From Octopus vulgaris (lineage: Eukaryota): a DNA stretch of 64,000 bases. Below the pieces are notes generated by a model. It was given only the letters and a program-made list of their open reading frames with translations. It made no database searches and had not been told where the DNA came from. Made by a program: the position numbers and the translations under genes. This document shows, in pieces, positions 28,493 to 40,939 of the stretch. The stretch is from contig OX597833.1 in the NCBI GenBank assembly GCA_951406725.2, positions 15,624,001 through 15,688,000 on the forward strand, given 5' to 3'. How positions within the stretch are numbered: the stretch's first letter is position 1; each line of letters opens with the position of its first letter.

Positions 28493-29337
28493 GTGCGTGC
28501 GTGCGTGTTTATAGACTTCATTCCTGCAAAGTTGTTAAATTTTAATATATCTATTAAGTACGTAACTTTGAAGAAGTTGCAGTTGGTCGATTCCAATTGA
28601 GTGGAATAGATATTATCATAGATCTCCACTATACACGGTGACAGGAAGCTAAACAACAGAATCACAGTTTAATGCAGTCTCGTTTGTCGAACAAAATTAA
28701 AAGCGAAAATTTAACGTTAATGATATTAAATTAATTGGTTTATATATTTCTCAATAATACGACATAATTGACAAACGTGCTTCGCTACAAGGCATGATTT
28801 ATAAGTGGATGTGTGAAGTCAGAGCACAGGCTCGTCTGAGCGTGAGAGTGTATGTATGTATGTGTGTGTGTGTGTGAGACACAGACATATATTAGGGGTG
28901 TGAGACAATAACTGTGTGTGTATGTGTGCTTGCGTTGTGCTCATGCGTCTATTGCTTGTTCTTCCGTGTATCTGACTTGAGCGTATGTGTATGATACACA
29001 TATTCATATATGACCTCGAGTATATATATATATAAACCAGCTTAGAGAAGAAGAAGAAACGACACGAAACCAAACAAATCGAATCGAATCGACGCGAAGG
29101 CGCTCAGTCATACAATAGTGTAATAAATAAAATATATGCATACATACAAACATATATGTACGTACCTACATTTACATGTATATATACATGCATATATAAA
29201 TATATATATACGTGTGTACAGGACACCACAAATAGACGTAGAACTCAACGAGAAACGAAAACGTAAAAACAGCATGGAACGGACCATTTTTTTAACAACG
29301 AAAAAACAGAGTACAAGACAACTACACAAGGAAAAAT

Positions 29338-29412
29338 CCCCTTCATCAGCTGTCCCTAGTTCAACTCCAGCGTGTTTCGAAGGTGAAGACAGAACACGTC
29401 TCGTCGAACTAG
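29338..29412 (-). ncRNA. Candidate hammerhead ribozyme with non-canonical strand order
   Basis: CUAGUUCGAC-gaga-CGUG-U-U-CUGUC-uuca-CCUUC-GAAA-CACG-cugga-GUUGAACUAG-g-GACAG-CUGAUGA-A-GGGG. All core nucleotides and three stems are present. It lies in repeat ~29215-29580, with a truncated relative at 23895-24045 (+). Confidence 0.6.
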
Positions 29413-29576
29413 TCCTTCCTGCGAAAGAATTAAATAAAATTCCTTTGCAGAGGAGTAAAAACAAGGAAAAAAAATGTGACGAAAACAGGACGTAAAAACA
29501 ATACAATTAAAAACAAATACAGAATAAAATACAATTACAAAAAATACAGTACAAGAAAGAATAGAAACAGGACAGG

Positions 29577-29648
<72 letters not shown>

Positions 29649-29735
29649 TGTGTGTTTGATATATGTGTGTGTATGTATGCATATAGCATGAATGAATACA
29701 TATACATATACGTGTATATATACACAGACCGACAG

Positions 29736-29806
<71 letters not shown>

Positions 29807-29985
29807 ATATTAGGGAATAAATCCAAATTTACAGGGAAAAATCAGATTTAGGATTGAATCCAATTGTATAGTAAAATATAATATAATATTAATTAGAGAC
29901 AAAACCACTATTATGCAAATCAAACAAAGAAAGACTTAATCCAATACATAAAAAATTTTATATAAATTAACTATAATTAAGATAT

Positions 29986-30031
29986 CCACTACGATCGTTT
30001 CTTGTCACTTCTATGGACATTCATCAGGTGG
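29986..30031 (-). ncRNA. Minimal type I hammerhead ribozyme
   Basis: CCAC-CUGAUGA-A-UGUC-cauagaagu-GACA-A-GAAAC-GAUC-GUA-GUGG. It overlaps a fold-back at 30023-30096. Confidence 0.82.
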
Positions 30032-30111
30032 TTTCAAGACCTTCTATGCAATTTTGAACTATCAAAATTGCATAGACGGTCTTGAAACCACCTGATAGAT
30101 AGATAGATATT

Positions 30112-30175
<64 letters not shown>

Positions 30176-30575
30176 TGCTTTTACAACGAAATGTTTAACA
30201 GTGACTTCGATGTCTCAGGACCTGCCACTCTTCATCGAACTACAAGACTTTTTTTTATTGTAAATTTAAGCATCAGATAGTCAGGTACGCAGTATGCGCG
30301 GCATCCATATGTTTACGTACTGCATCGCGCAACTCCCGAATCATCCGCTTAACAAAATAAATAAGCGATCAGTGATATTGGCTAATCAACGGATTATCAA
30401 GTAAAACTGTTCATCATAGATTTGTTGTGACTACAGCTTCTTCATCAACGTTGGTGAATAGCAGAATTTAGGTTGAAAACTAAAGACATTCCTATACAAA
30501 ATATGTTATTAAACTTAGCTACCTTGTTCATGAAGACTGGTAGTTTATTGTTCGAATGCATCTTCCGGTGCTTGT

Positions 30576-30990
30576 ATCTTTTCGGTTTGAACGGCAGTTT
30601 TTAACGTAATTTCTAGGTAACTAAACACTTTTAAACTTTGTATACTGGTAGAATGTGTTTATAAAACATCTTTTTCTCTTGGCTTTTTATTGAGAAAATT
30701 CTATAGTTTGTAAGATATTTGTTGTTTTTTTCTTCAATTTCTGCAATTTCAACCAATCAATGACGTCTATTGAGGTAAAAAAAAACTTCTGTGCCGTATG
30801 AATATGTCCCACGTTTAAGAAACAGATTGGGTTTATTTACAATTGTGAAGAAAAAAAAGATACCCTTCCCCCACCCCTAACCCTAACCCTAAAATAGACA
30901 GAAATGCAATAGATCGGTTCTAAGGCATAATTATGGGTCACAATTTCAAATGACACCGCTAGAAAATACTGCCGTTCAAACGGAAAAGAT
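30576..30990 (+). mobile_element. MITE with ~25-bp TIRs and internal (CCCTAA)n
   Basis: TIRs atcttttcggtttgaacggcagt / actgccgttcaaacggaaaagat; possible 8-bp TSD cggtgctt/cgatgctt. Confidence 0.85.
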
Positions 30991-32000
30991 GCCGATGCTT
31001 TTCTAAGAAACGGTTTACGATGCTATAATATTTTATAGTTTACAACATAGATGAGACATGTTTAAAAAATTCCGGTATAGATTATTCATTTACTTAAGAA
31101 ATCTCGATAAAATTTCTATTAATCATTACAGAACTAATGTACCATTTACTGTAATTAATGGATATCCAGCTAATTAAAAGTCACTGATAATAACTTAGGA
31201 AAAACTGCTGTTCAGCAAAGTTGTCTGTCAAATACCAGGGGAGACACAGGGAAAAGAAGGATAGAGGGGGAAAGTAGAAGAGATAACAGAAAGTTAATAG
31301 ATAAATCAAACCGAAAGATGGTTTACGCATTGACATGAAGACGATATCGGCATAAAAAAAATACATATACGTTCTCGATTGATGAATGTAATATAGGAAA
31401 ATAATCAGTGACAACATAGATATAAATTTATATATTTATGTCAGTGAAAAATCGAAAATATATAGATATCAGTCATTTAGCTACACAAAAGATATGAGTT
31501 GAAAGGCCAAAAAATAAGTGTTGAAAAAACAGAGTCGATATTTCCGATACCGTAAGAATGGTAGCTAAAGTTACTATCAGCCAATATTGTCACAATATTA
31601 TTTAGAATAAAGCGAATCGATTAAAATCTTACACTTTCAGTAGAATGTTAAAACACTGTCATCATGGTATAAATCAGACTATCGGATGTTGTATTACATG
31701 ACTGGGCACAATGCGCTTCACATTGTTTTTTATCTTTCGAATGATGCCACCCCAATGGCTAGGTGAGCTGACCGACTTTTACGCTGACCGGGAGGTCAAT
31801 TCGTCAAAGTCTTAGCTATTTACGTGAAATGAAGCATTTTGCTCACGAACATAATGCGCCGCTTGGTCTGGGATCGAACTCATCACTTAGCGATTGTAGG
31901 TGCAATGCCCTAACCATTATGCCACGCAACTTTACACAAAAGGACGACCGGAATAATTTTTAAATACTGGGCGTAATGAAAGACCTGTTACTATAGGGAT

Positions 32001-32735
32001 TGTTAGTTAGTTAGTTAATTAGTTAGTTACTTGTTTGGCTCAAAAAGCAAAAAGCAAGGCCATGTAGGGGGACATGGAGTTATGTACAGGGTGGTGTTCA
32101 CGTAAAGAGTTCAGGCCACTTGAGGTCAAGGGAGACTTTGAACCGAGCGCTCGTCGGCATCTTCACCATCTCGTCTGGCAGCTTATTCCACGGATCCACA
32201 ACCCGGACGGAGGAAGCCCGTCTCCTTCGATTGAGATAAAATCGTCACAGATAGAGCTTTTCGGAATGACCCCGCAGCCGACGCTCTGGAGCAGGAGTGA
32301 AGAACAGCTCTTTCGAGAGGTTACACTTTCCGCTTATGATGTTGTGAGCAAGAATGAGATCACCACGGCGTCGTCGTTTTTCTAGAGAATAAAGGTCGAG
32401 CGTCTTCAGCCTTTCTTCATAAGACAAATTCTTGAGACGAATAACCATGCGGGTAGCTAGCTTCTGGACTCTTTCGAGATGCTGTATGTCTTTGAGGAGA
32501 TAAGGAGAAGAGGCTTGAATCCCGTACTCCAATATGGGTCTCACCAGCGTGACATAGAGCGGTAGGAATATGGCTGCTGTGAGCATTCCGAATGACCGAC
32601 GAATCAAGAACAGAATTCCGCGCGCTTTGTTGGCAGCATGGACGCACTGGGCCGAAGGCGAAAAGGAGGAATCCACCAAGATACCCAGGTCCTTTACCTG
32701 TTCGGTCCTCTCCAGCAGCAGACGACCCGGTTCGA
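32001..32735 (-). mobile_element. CR1-clade LINE, 3' fragment with (TAAC)n tail
   Basis: LYVTLVRPILEYGIQASSPYLLKDIQHLERVQKLATRMV..LSYEERLKTLDLYSLEKRRRRGDLI. Confidence 0.93.
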
Positions 32736-34444
32736 AATTGTTTCTAGTTTTAGTCTGTATATTCTAGTTGCCTCTTTTTCCAAATCTTTTTATCTTAAAA
32801 GTAATATCCTCCCAAAATTTGCTGCCCCTTGTGGCAAAATTTGAATCGTTCTTACCATTATTATTATTATTATAATTAATGGTAAAATCGTTAGCGCGCC
32901 GGACGAAATCCTTAACGGTATTTCGCCCGTCGCTACATTGTATTTTCTTACTTTTTTTTTCTTGTAAAATAATTGCGACCCGTCAAGTAGTCATCCATTT
33001 CACAAATGTACCTACTACAATAGTTTTTCATTTTCCATTGAGGTTGTTCGTTGAATTAGAAGCAAGTGAAGAATTGCAAATATTTTTATTTTACAAATCT
33101 CTTAAATTTTTTACTGTTTGTACATTTAAATTTAATTTATTTCTGTATCCGCACTTGAATGTGTTCCGTTCTCTTTTACAGTGTCTTTATTTACTCGGAG
33201 AGAATGCAGGTTATAATTTGAATACAAAATAAAGAATTGACAACCTGGCACCCTATACTGACGTCGCAAAGGTGTATAAACAGATTATGAAATAAATTAC
33301 ATTTAATTGTATAAACATAGAATTTTGTGTCACTTGAAATAAAGTAAACAATTTTTTTCATTTCTTTTCCTACTTTTCTCTTTTACCTGTAGAAAGCTGA
33401 GTGTTTAATTAATAAACTGGTTTTATTGAAATAAAAAATTTTAAAAATTGAATGCTACCATAGAGGCAACGTATTGTAAATATGTCGCTTTAGCAGTAAC
33501 GGACAGGCGATAAAAAACGTGTCATCATAACACTATACCGTCTGCATATGTGTCGGCTTTACATGCAAACGTTCCAAATATCTGATAACGAGATTAAACG
33601 TGTCTTTCATCCAAAGCAAAAAAAAAAAATGCTCATACCAAAATGATTTTAAATTTCGACAGATTGTTTTGTCACCAGCAGATAAAGGAATATGAAGTAT
33701 TTAAATTCTATTGCAGTCCACATTTCGCTAAAATCGTATGACTAACTCCATGTCCTCTGTTATTGCAAGAGACGATACTCTAGGTTACTTATACACTTAC
33801 GAAACTTTCCAGTTAAATAATATAGATATCTGTGTGGTTGTAGTTGTATATTATGTTGTTGTATTAGGATTATTTGGGTGGCTAGGAATGATAGCAAGAC
33901 ACAGAGTATAAAACGGGAGAAACCTAGCGAAGCGTGACTTCATTCGTATGACAAAGGATTAAAATATATTTATGAAAAGAATTGCTATAGAGAATAATAC
34001 TTTCTGCTATATTATCAAGAAATTTTAGAAGAGGGGATTATTCAATTATATTTCCCAGTGCTCAACTGGTATTTATTTTATCGATCAGGATCAGATGAAA
34101 TGCAAACCCGACCTCGGCTGAATTTCAAATCAGAATTTCAAAGCTAGAAAAAATGGCGCCTAAAATTTAGTGTTATTGTCTTTGGTTATTATTTTTCTCA
34201 CACTCTTATTGGTCTATCATTGCCTGGTATGCGAAATATTTTGGGATATCTCAATAGAAGTACCTCAATATTTCATAAGAAATTATCGAAAATTATAATT
34301 CTCTTTTATAATCTCTGACTGATTTTACTTAATATTTAGAGGGAGTTTATCGTCTTTGATGAGTAAGAATATTGGTGCTTAGAACAGGAACACTCAAAGA
34401 AAGCATTAATGTTTTTTGCCTTAGATGATGCAGGCACTTTGTGA

Positions 34445-34685
34445 GTTCTCGTAAAAAATAGGGATTTTCATAGTAAAAAAAATACCTTTTTGATGTAAAT
34501 AATTTCTGGTCTTAACATGGTCCGATTTGAATTTTTTCTTCTACGGAATGAAGAGTAAGCCTTCTTCTATCATACTCTTAATTTTAGTCAACTTTCGCCG
34601 CAGAGTCTCGGAGGAGATAGTGTTAGTTGAAGGCTACCAAACCTGCCACACACACATACATACAACTTCAGCTTTATATAAAAAT
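34445..34685 (-). mobile_element. Helitron-like non-autonomous element, 5' part
   Basis: Homologous to 63677-64000, with a tatataaagctgaagttgt start of the kind seen at Helitron 5' ends. Confidence 0.55.
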
Positions 34686-35544
34686 ATAGGATGGTGCTTC
34701 AATGTTATTAGTTGACAGAGAATGTATATTACTACTTGTTACGAATCGTTTTATAGTGGGCGATGCACATATATTACGTAATCATGTCCCCTTGCCATGA
34801 GAATAGAATTTATTGTTATAACCTGATGGCGACAGATGTTGCTTACCTGGCAGAAACATTTTAGAGATTTAGCAATAAATTTTAATAAAGCATAAATCAA
34901 CGCAAGGGGGACGTTTGATAACAGCATCATCATGACCACACCAGTGAAAAGTGAGTGAGTGAGTGAGTGAATAAGTGATTCAGTGGTAAAGGAGTGGATG
35001 CTGTAGAGGTAGACGGGCCAGAGAATTAAATTAAGAAATCGAAGCATGATCGAATGACTCTAGTAAGTGAAATACAATTCAAGGAAAACTTCCGTGTAAA
35101 GATTAATAACAAACTTATTAATCATTTAGACTCACACTGTCCTACTAAAATAACCGTAATATACGCTAGCAGCTTCACACAACGTACCGAACGATAGTTG
35201 AGGTTTTCTTGGTTATAAAAACCAAGGATACACAGTGAATCAATCGGATAGTAACAAGTTGTAAACTCTTTATTACGGAATGGACATATACTAAATAATA
35301 TATTGCCAATTTCTCTAAACGTCTAAGTTTGTATTAAGAAGACACAGGTCTCGTGTTGGTTTATTGGACTGCATTTTTTATTTTATCGTTGAACCCAAGA
35401 TTAGTTCTAATGTATACGACCTACGATTTCTGTCTTCCAGCCATGATTGTTATTTCTATTGTAAAACAATAAATTTAGGAGATATTAGGCCGCTATTTTT
35501 AGTAGGGTAGGACTGTATGTTAAGTTATGGCATGTCATGTGAAG

Positions 35545-36060
35545 GTGGAGGCGCGTGGCTAAGTGGTTACGGTGTCAGCATCATAATCGTAAGATTGTGG
35601 TTTCGATTCCTGGAGCGGGCGACGCATTGTGTTCTTGAACAAAACACTTCATTTCATTTGCACCAGTCCACTCAGCTGGCAAAAAGGAGTAACGCTGCGA
35701 TGGACTGGCGTCCCGTCCAGCTGGGGAACACACACGCCATTGAAACCAGGCAACCGGGCCCATGAGTCTGGCTAGGCTTTAAAAGGACGCATTTATTTAG
35801 TGGAGGCGCGTGGCTTAGTGGTTAGGGTGTCAGCATTATGATCGTAAGATTGTGGTTTCGATTCCTGGAGCGGGCGAAGCGTTGTGCTCTTGAGCAAAGC
35901 ACTTCATTTCACATTGCTCCAGCCCACTCAGCTGGAAAAATTGAGTAAGGCTGCGATGGACTGGCGTCCCGTCCAGGTGGGGAATACATAAGCCATTGAA
36001 ACCGGGAAACCGGGCCGATGAGCCTGGCTAAGCTTGAAAAGGGCGTATTTATTTATATAT
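35545..36060 (+). mobile_element. Tandem dimer of tRNA-derived SINE, family B' (units start at 35545 and 35800)
   Basis: Two full units with one flanking duplication, atgtcatgtgaag (35532-35544) / atgtcatatgaag (36064-36076). Confidence 0.9.
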
Positions 36061-36318
36061 TTTATGTCATATGAAGAGGTTTATTATCTCTTCTCTGTCT
36101 AATCTTATACGTTTTACTTATTTCAGTCATTGGATTGTGGCCATGCTGGAGCACCACTTTAAGGATTATAATAGAAGAAATCGCCCGTAGTACCATGGTA
36201 CTTATTTTCTAAAGTCTCTTATTTATTCTATCAGTTATTTTTTTATTACGTGACCGCAAAGAAACCAACACCGGTGGGCAAGCGATGTATGGGGAACAAG
36301 TACAGTAAAAAAAACAAT

Positions 36319-36349
<31 letters not shown>

Positions 36350-36710
36350 GCACACATATACAGACATATATATGTATGACAGGCTTCCGTACAGTTTCTG
36401 TGTACCAACTTTTACCACAAGCAAGATTCTTAACTACAACTCCATGTTTTCTTTTTACATAATTTTTCATGGAAATGTGGCCAGCTGGGGGTACTACCAT
36501 GAAGGGTTTTAGCCGAACAAATCACACACACGCGCGCGCATATAGATACAAGTCGGGATTTGACCCCTTTTCCGTGAATTAAATTTCTTCACGATGCTTT
36601 AGTCGATTCTGGTTTATTGTAGAAGTGTCTGCTCAGAGGGATTGAACACAAAACAACGGGGTTGCAAAAACGGCCTTCTTAACGACACACGCATGTTGGC
36701 GCCTATGTAA

Positions 36711-37092
36711 ATTCCTGCAACGCATTCCCATATTACGGATGGAAATGAGTTTGCTAATATGTGAAAATGCGAAGGCGCAATGGCCCAGTGGTTAGGGTAG
36801 CGGACTCGCGGTCGGAGTATCGCGGTTTCGATTCCAAGACTGGGCGTTGTGTGTGTTTATTGAGCGAAAACACCTAAAGTTCCACGAGGCTCCGGCAAGG
36901 GGTGGTGGCGATCACTGGTGTACTCTTTCGCCCCAACTTTCTCTCACTCTTTCTTCCTGTTTCTTGAGCAACTCTGCGATGGACTGGCGTCCCGTCCAGC
37001 TGGTGGGGGGAACACATACACCACAGAAACCGGAAAACCGGGCCTATGAGCCTAGCTAGGCTTGAAAAGGGTGCCGTTTATCGTTTTTTTTT
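36711..37092 (+). mobile_element. SINE with family B head and body and family B' tail
   Basis: TSD atatgtgaaaat on both sides. Same type at 40112-40394 (-) and 44785-45088 (-). Confidence 0.9.
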
Positions 37093-37345
37093 ATATGTGA
37101 AAATACAGAATAATATACTAAGGACGCATAGGGATGTAGTTCAAAATTTAATATAATTGTTTTCTCTTTACATGGCTTTACTCTGTTCGCTCAAGCAATT
37201 CCCTATTTAACAATATCAAGTGAATGCAGTCTGGCAGAGAACGTCATCCAATAAGCTGTTTACTCAATGAAACTTAGAACATGCTATTCTCAACACACTA
37301 CGTAATAAAGTTATCGGTATAATAACGGTTGAAACCTCTCTAAGT

Positions 37346-37911
37346 TGTTGTTCTTTGTTCCTTCTCAAGCCATGCCTGGCTCATAAGGGTCGGTTTCCCG
37401 GTTTCCTTGGCGTATAGGTTCCCCACCTGGACGGGAAGCCGGTCCGTCGCAGGTGAGCTATAAGATGCAGGAGGAGTGAGTGAGAGAAAGCTGTGGCGAA
37501 AGAGTCAGCAGAAGTTTCACCATTACCTTCTGCTGGAGCCGCGTGGAGCTTAAGTGTTTCGCTTATAAACACACATATCACCCGGTCTGAGTTTCGAACC
37601 CACGATACCTCGACCGCGTGTCCGCTGCTCTAACAACTAGGTCATGTGCCTCCACAAAATAAATGGTCCTTCTCAAGCCATGCCAGGCTCATAAGTGCCG
37701 GTTTCCCAGTTTCAATGGCGTAGAAATTCCCCACCCGGACGGGACGCCGGTCCGTCGCAGGATTACTCATTTATGCCAGCTGAGTGGACTGGAGCAAGGT
37801 GAAAATGAGGTGTTTTGCTCAAGAACACAACGCATCGCCCGGTCCAGGAATCGAAACCACAACCTTACGATCATGAGTTCAACACCCTAACCACTAAGCC
37901 ACGCGCCTCCA
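37346..37911 (-). mobile_element. SINE heterodimer (B'-type unit followed by B-type unit)
   Basis: Two tRNA-like heads ending at 37911 and ~37635, with one shared TSD ctctctaagt (37336-37345 and 37912-37921). Confidence 0.85.
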
Positions 37912-38697
37912 CTCTCTAAGTGCATTTGGTTGCTTATCTCGAGATAGAGCATGGCATCAAACATGATAATGTAAGCTCTCCTTTTTAGTGGAAGACTGAT
38001 CTCTCTCCAGGATCGTCACTTCTATGATGCGGGTCAATGATGCTCGAACACAGGCGTAAAAGATGAAGGTCGACGATCAGCCGGTGGCGGACATTTTTAT
38101 ATGACTTGAAGGCAGTGAACATTACGCAGAATGGACAGGCAAGAGTAAAACCCAATTGAACACGGTGGAGAGAGCTTGCTTCCCAAAACGTTGAACAACG
38201 CGGGATGACCTAAAGCTGAACGAAAATTGACACCCTTTACAGACCTACTACTACTACTGCGACTACTACCAGCATCACCACCACTACCACCAATATTGAG
38301 GAGCTGATGCTATTGCTACTATTGCTCCCACTGCTACTAATACTAAATCAAGCATCTGTAGATTACAAGGTGAGCCCTATTTCAACAGAACTTAGTCATG
38401 CGCGTCCTATCCTCTCAGATAAAATATCAAAGGACAAATGACCCAATATCCTTTAGTTAGATAGTGATGTGATTTAAAACAGTTTTGATCATCGTTTCTG
38501 GCACATAAGCTGCCAAATACATAATCTCTGCTCTCAATGCAATCCAGCTTAGACTTCAATCTAATCCGCCTAGGCTCCCCGTTCTCAGTGCAATCCAGCC
38601 GTTTTCGGTGTACCAAACAGTGGATCCCTGATTGAAATGCAAAGCAGCTGATATCTTAAGTCATGGCCTTCATGTTCACTGGTCCCCATATATATAT

Positions 38698-38892
38698 GAT
38701 AGATCGTTAGCCACTACACACATTTTTTTCTCTCCTTGTTTCTCTCCTTGTTTATTTCTGAGTCCCTTTCTGTAGAAGAGCGTAGGCTCGAAACGTAAAA
38801 TACTTTTCCTATTCCTGAGCGTTATACTAATACATCTGTTTCTTTTATACACCACCTGTCTTCGTCTTTTGTTTTTTTCGTAAACTCTCCCT
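38698..38892 (+). mobile_element. Short TA-flanked repeat with hammerhead-like motif at 38767-38800
   Basis: UUU-CUGUAGA-A-GAGC-guag-GCUC-GAAACGUA-AAA. Layout parallels the 2018-2251 family, but core A6 is substituted. Confidence 0.5.
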
Positions 38893-39517
38893 ATATATAT
38901 ATGTTCGAAAATATGTCGGATTTGGGTAAAAGACAATACAGGGGGATTACATAATTAAGATTTTATTCAACATATTCAGTTCTCAGATTCACACACTTAT
39001 TGCAGCTGGTCTTTAGATTTTCTAAGCTGTGTAAAAAAAACTGGGAAGTTTGGGCCTCCAGCTAGGCATTTCGCGACAACCCTAAAATCAGGGAAGTTTT
39101 TCGCACCCACTCATACAACCCAATTACGATTTTTCTTATATCTGCAACACCTTACTACTTTTCGTACTCTCAGTGACAGGTGAGAAGACTAGACGAAGTC
39201 ATTCATAGATGAGAGAGACCTGCCCCCACCCGCAATATAGTGGGCTGTGCTACAGACTTCCAAGAGACGCGCATATTTCATTTATCCAAATTATTTTTGC
39301 AAGGCTCCCACTGAATCATGATAGAGAATATGTCCCGACATACCATACAGGTGTATCGAACCTGAAAACATTCAATTGTGAAAAAAACTTCTGTACCACG
39401 GCGCTACGATTGTAATTGTGATAGACAATATTTTTAGAATGCAAGCACTTTTCATTTAGGATATTAGTACCAGCAGTTTTTTTCTGTTTTATTATGAGTA
39501 GTTTAGTAACAGTTTAA

Positions 39518-39539
39518 ATTATTATTATTATTATTATTA

Positions 39540-39632
<93 letters not shown>

Positions 39633-39677
39633 CAGTAGTAGCAGTAGTAGTAGTAATAGTAGTAATAGTAGTAGTAG

Positions 39678-39710
<33 letters not shown>

Positions 39711-39790
39711 CAAGTAGTAGTGGTGGTGATGGTGTTGTTGCTGGTAACAGCAGCAGCAACAGCAGTGGTAGCAGTTGTTGTTGTTGTCTT
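39518..39790. repeat. Compound (TAT)/(TAG)/(CAG)/(TTG) microsatellite
   Basis: Directly visible. Confidence 0.97.
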
Positions 39791-40939
39791 GTAGTATTTG
39801 ACTTGAACGCAATGCCACGCATTAATTTGTGTTGAATAAAGCAGTAATTATTCAACCTTGAATTAAAGATAAAAAATCCGCTTCGATGAGACTGCATCTG
39901 TTTGACGTACAGTTAGTCGAGCAAAAGACACAAGCTAAGCTATCTGGTGCACTTCCGAGACAATGGAAACCATGCACAGTAGTAGTTGCAGTGACCCGCG
40001 TCGGTCTGCATCGTTTGTGCATTTGTGACCTGCTCGTAGCCTTATCAGACAGGGGCCCTCTTTGTGTCCAGGACTCGGCTTGTCAATACTCTCGAGTCCT
40101 TCTGTGTTGTTTATTTATGCACCCTTTTCAAGCCTAGCCAGACTCATGGGCCCGGTTCCTCCCAGCTGGACGGGATGCCAGTCCATCGCAACGTTACTCA
40201 AGAAACAGGAAGAAAGAGTGAGAGAAAGTTGTGGAGAAAGAGTACAACAGGGGTCGCCACCATCCCCTGCCGGAGCCGCGTGGAGCTTTATGTGTTTTTG
40301 CTCAATAAACACACACAATGCCCGGTCTGGGAATCGAAACCGCGATCCTCCGACCGCGAGTCCGCTGCCCTAACCACTGGGCCATTGCGCCTCCTTTATG
40401 TTTTGTACTGCATTCATATTATAATTCAAGCTCTTGCAGCTAGTCCGTAATTTGATGTGGTCAATCCCAAAACCTTTTTGACGGCATCTTGCTCTGTTTC
40501 TATCCACACTTGCCATTAAGACGGTCTTATACATATGATTAGCCAGGCTCTTGCGCCTAGTTCATACATTCATGTGACCACACCAAAAACATCTTTGTCG
40601 GCATCATCAGCTATCAACCATCAGCTAGGTGCCCTCTGTGTCCAGGACTTCTTAAAACTCTAGTCTTCCGTTTGCGTTGTACTGCATGCAATTAGCCATT
40701 CTTTTACCCAGGCTACGCTTTGATGTGGTCAGTCCAAAAACATCTTTGTCGGCATCTTGCTCTTTCCCCCTCCACACGTCCAATCAGGATTGACTTAGGC
40801 GGTGACTCATAGTACATTGAATGTCCAAGTAATTATTAATAAAAGCTGCAGAATATCTGATGAGTGTGGAATTCATTTCAGTCAAATTTTATTCAGTTAT
40901 GAATGGTTCAATAAAACAATATGTAACAAGTAACAAATA

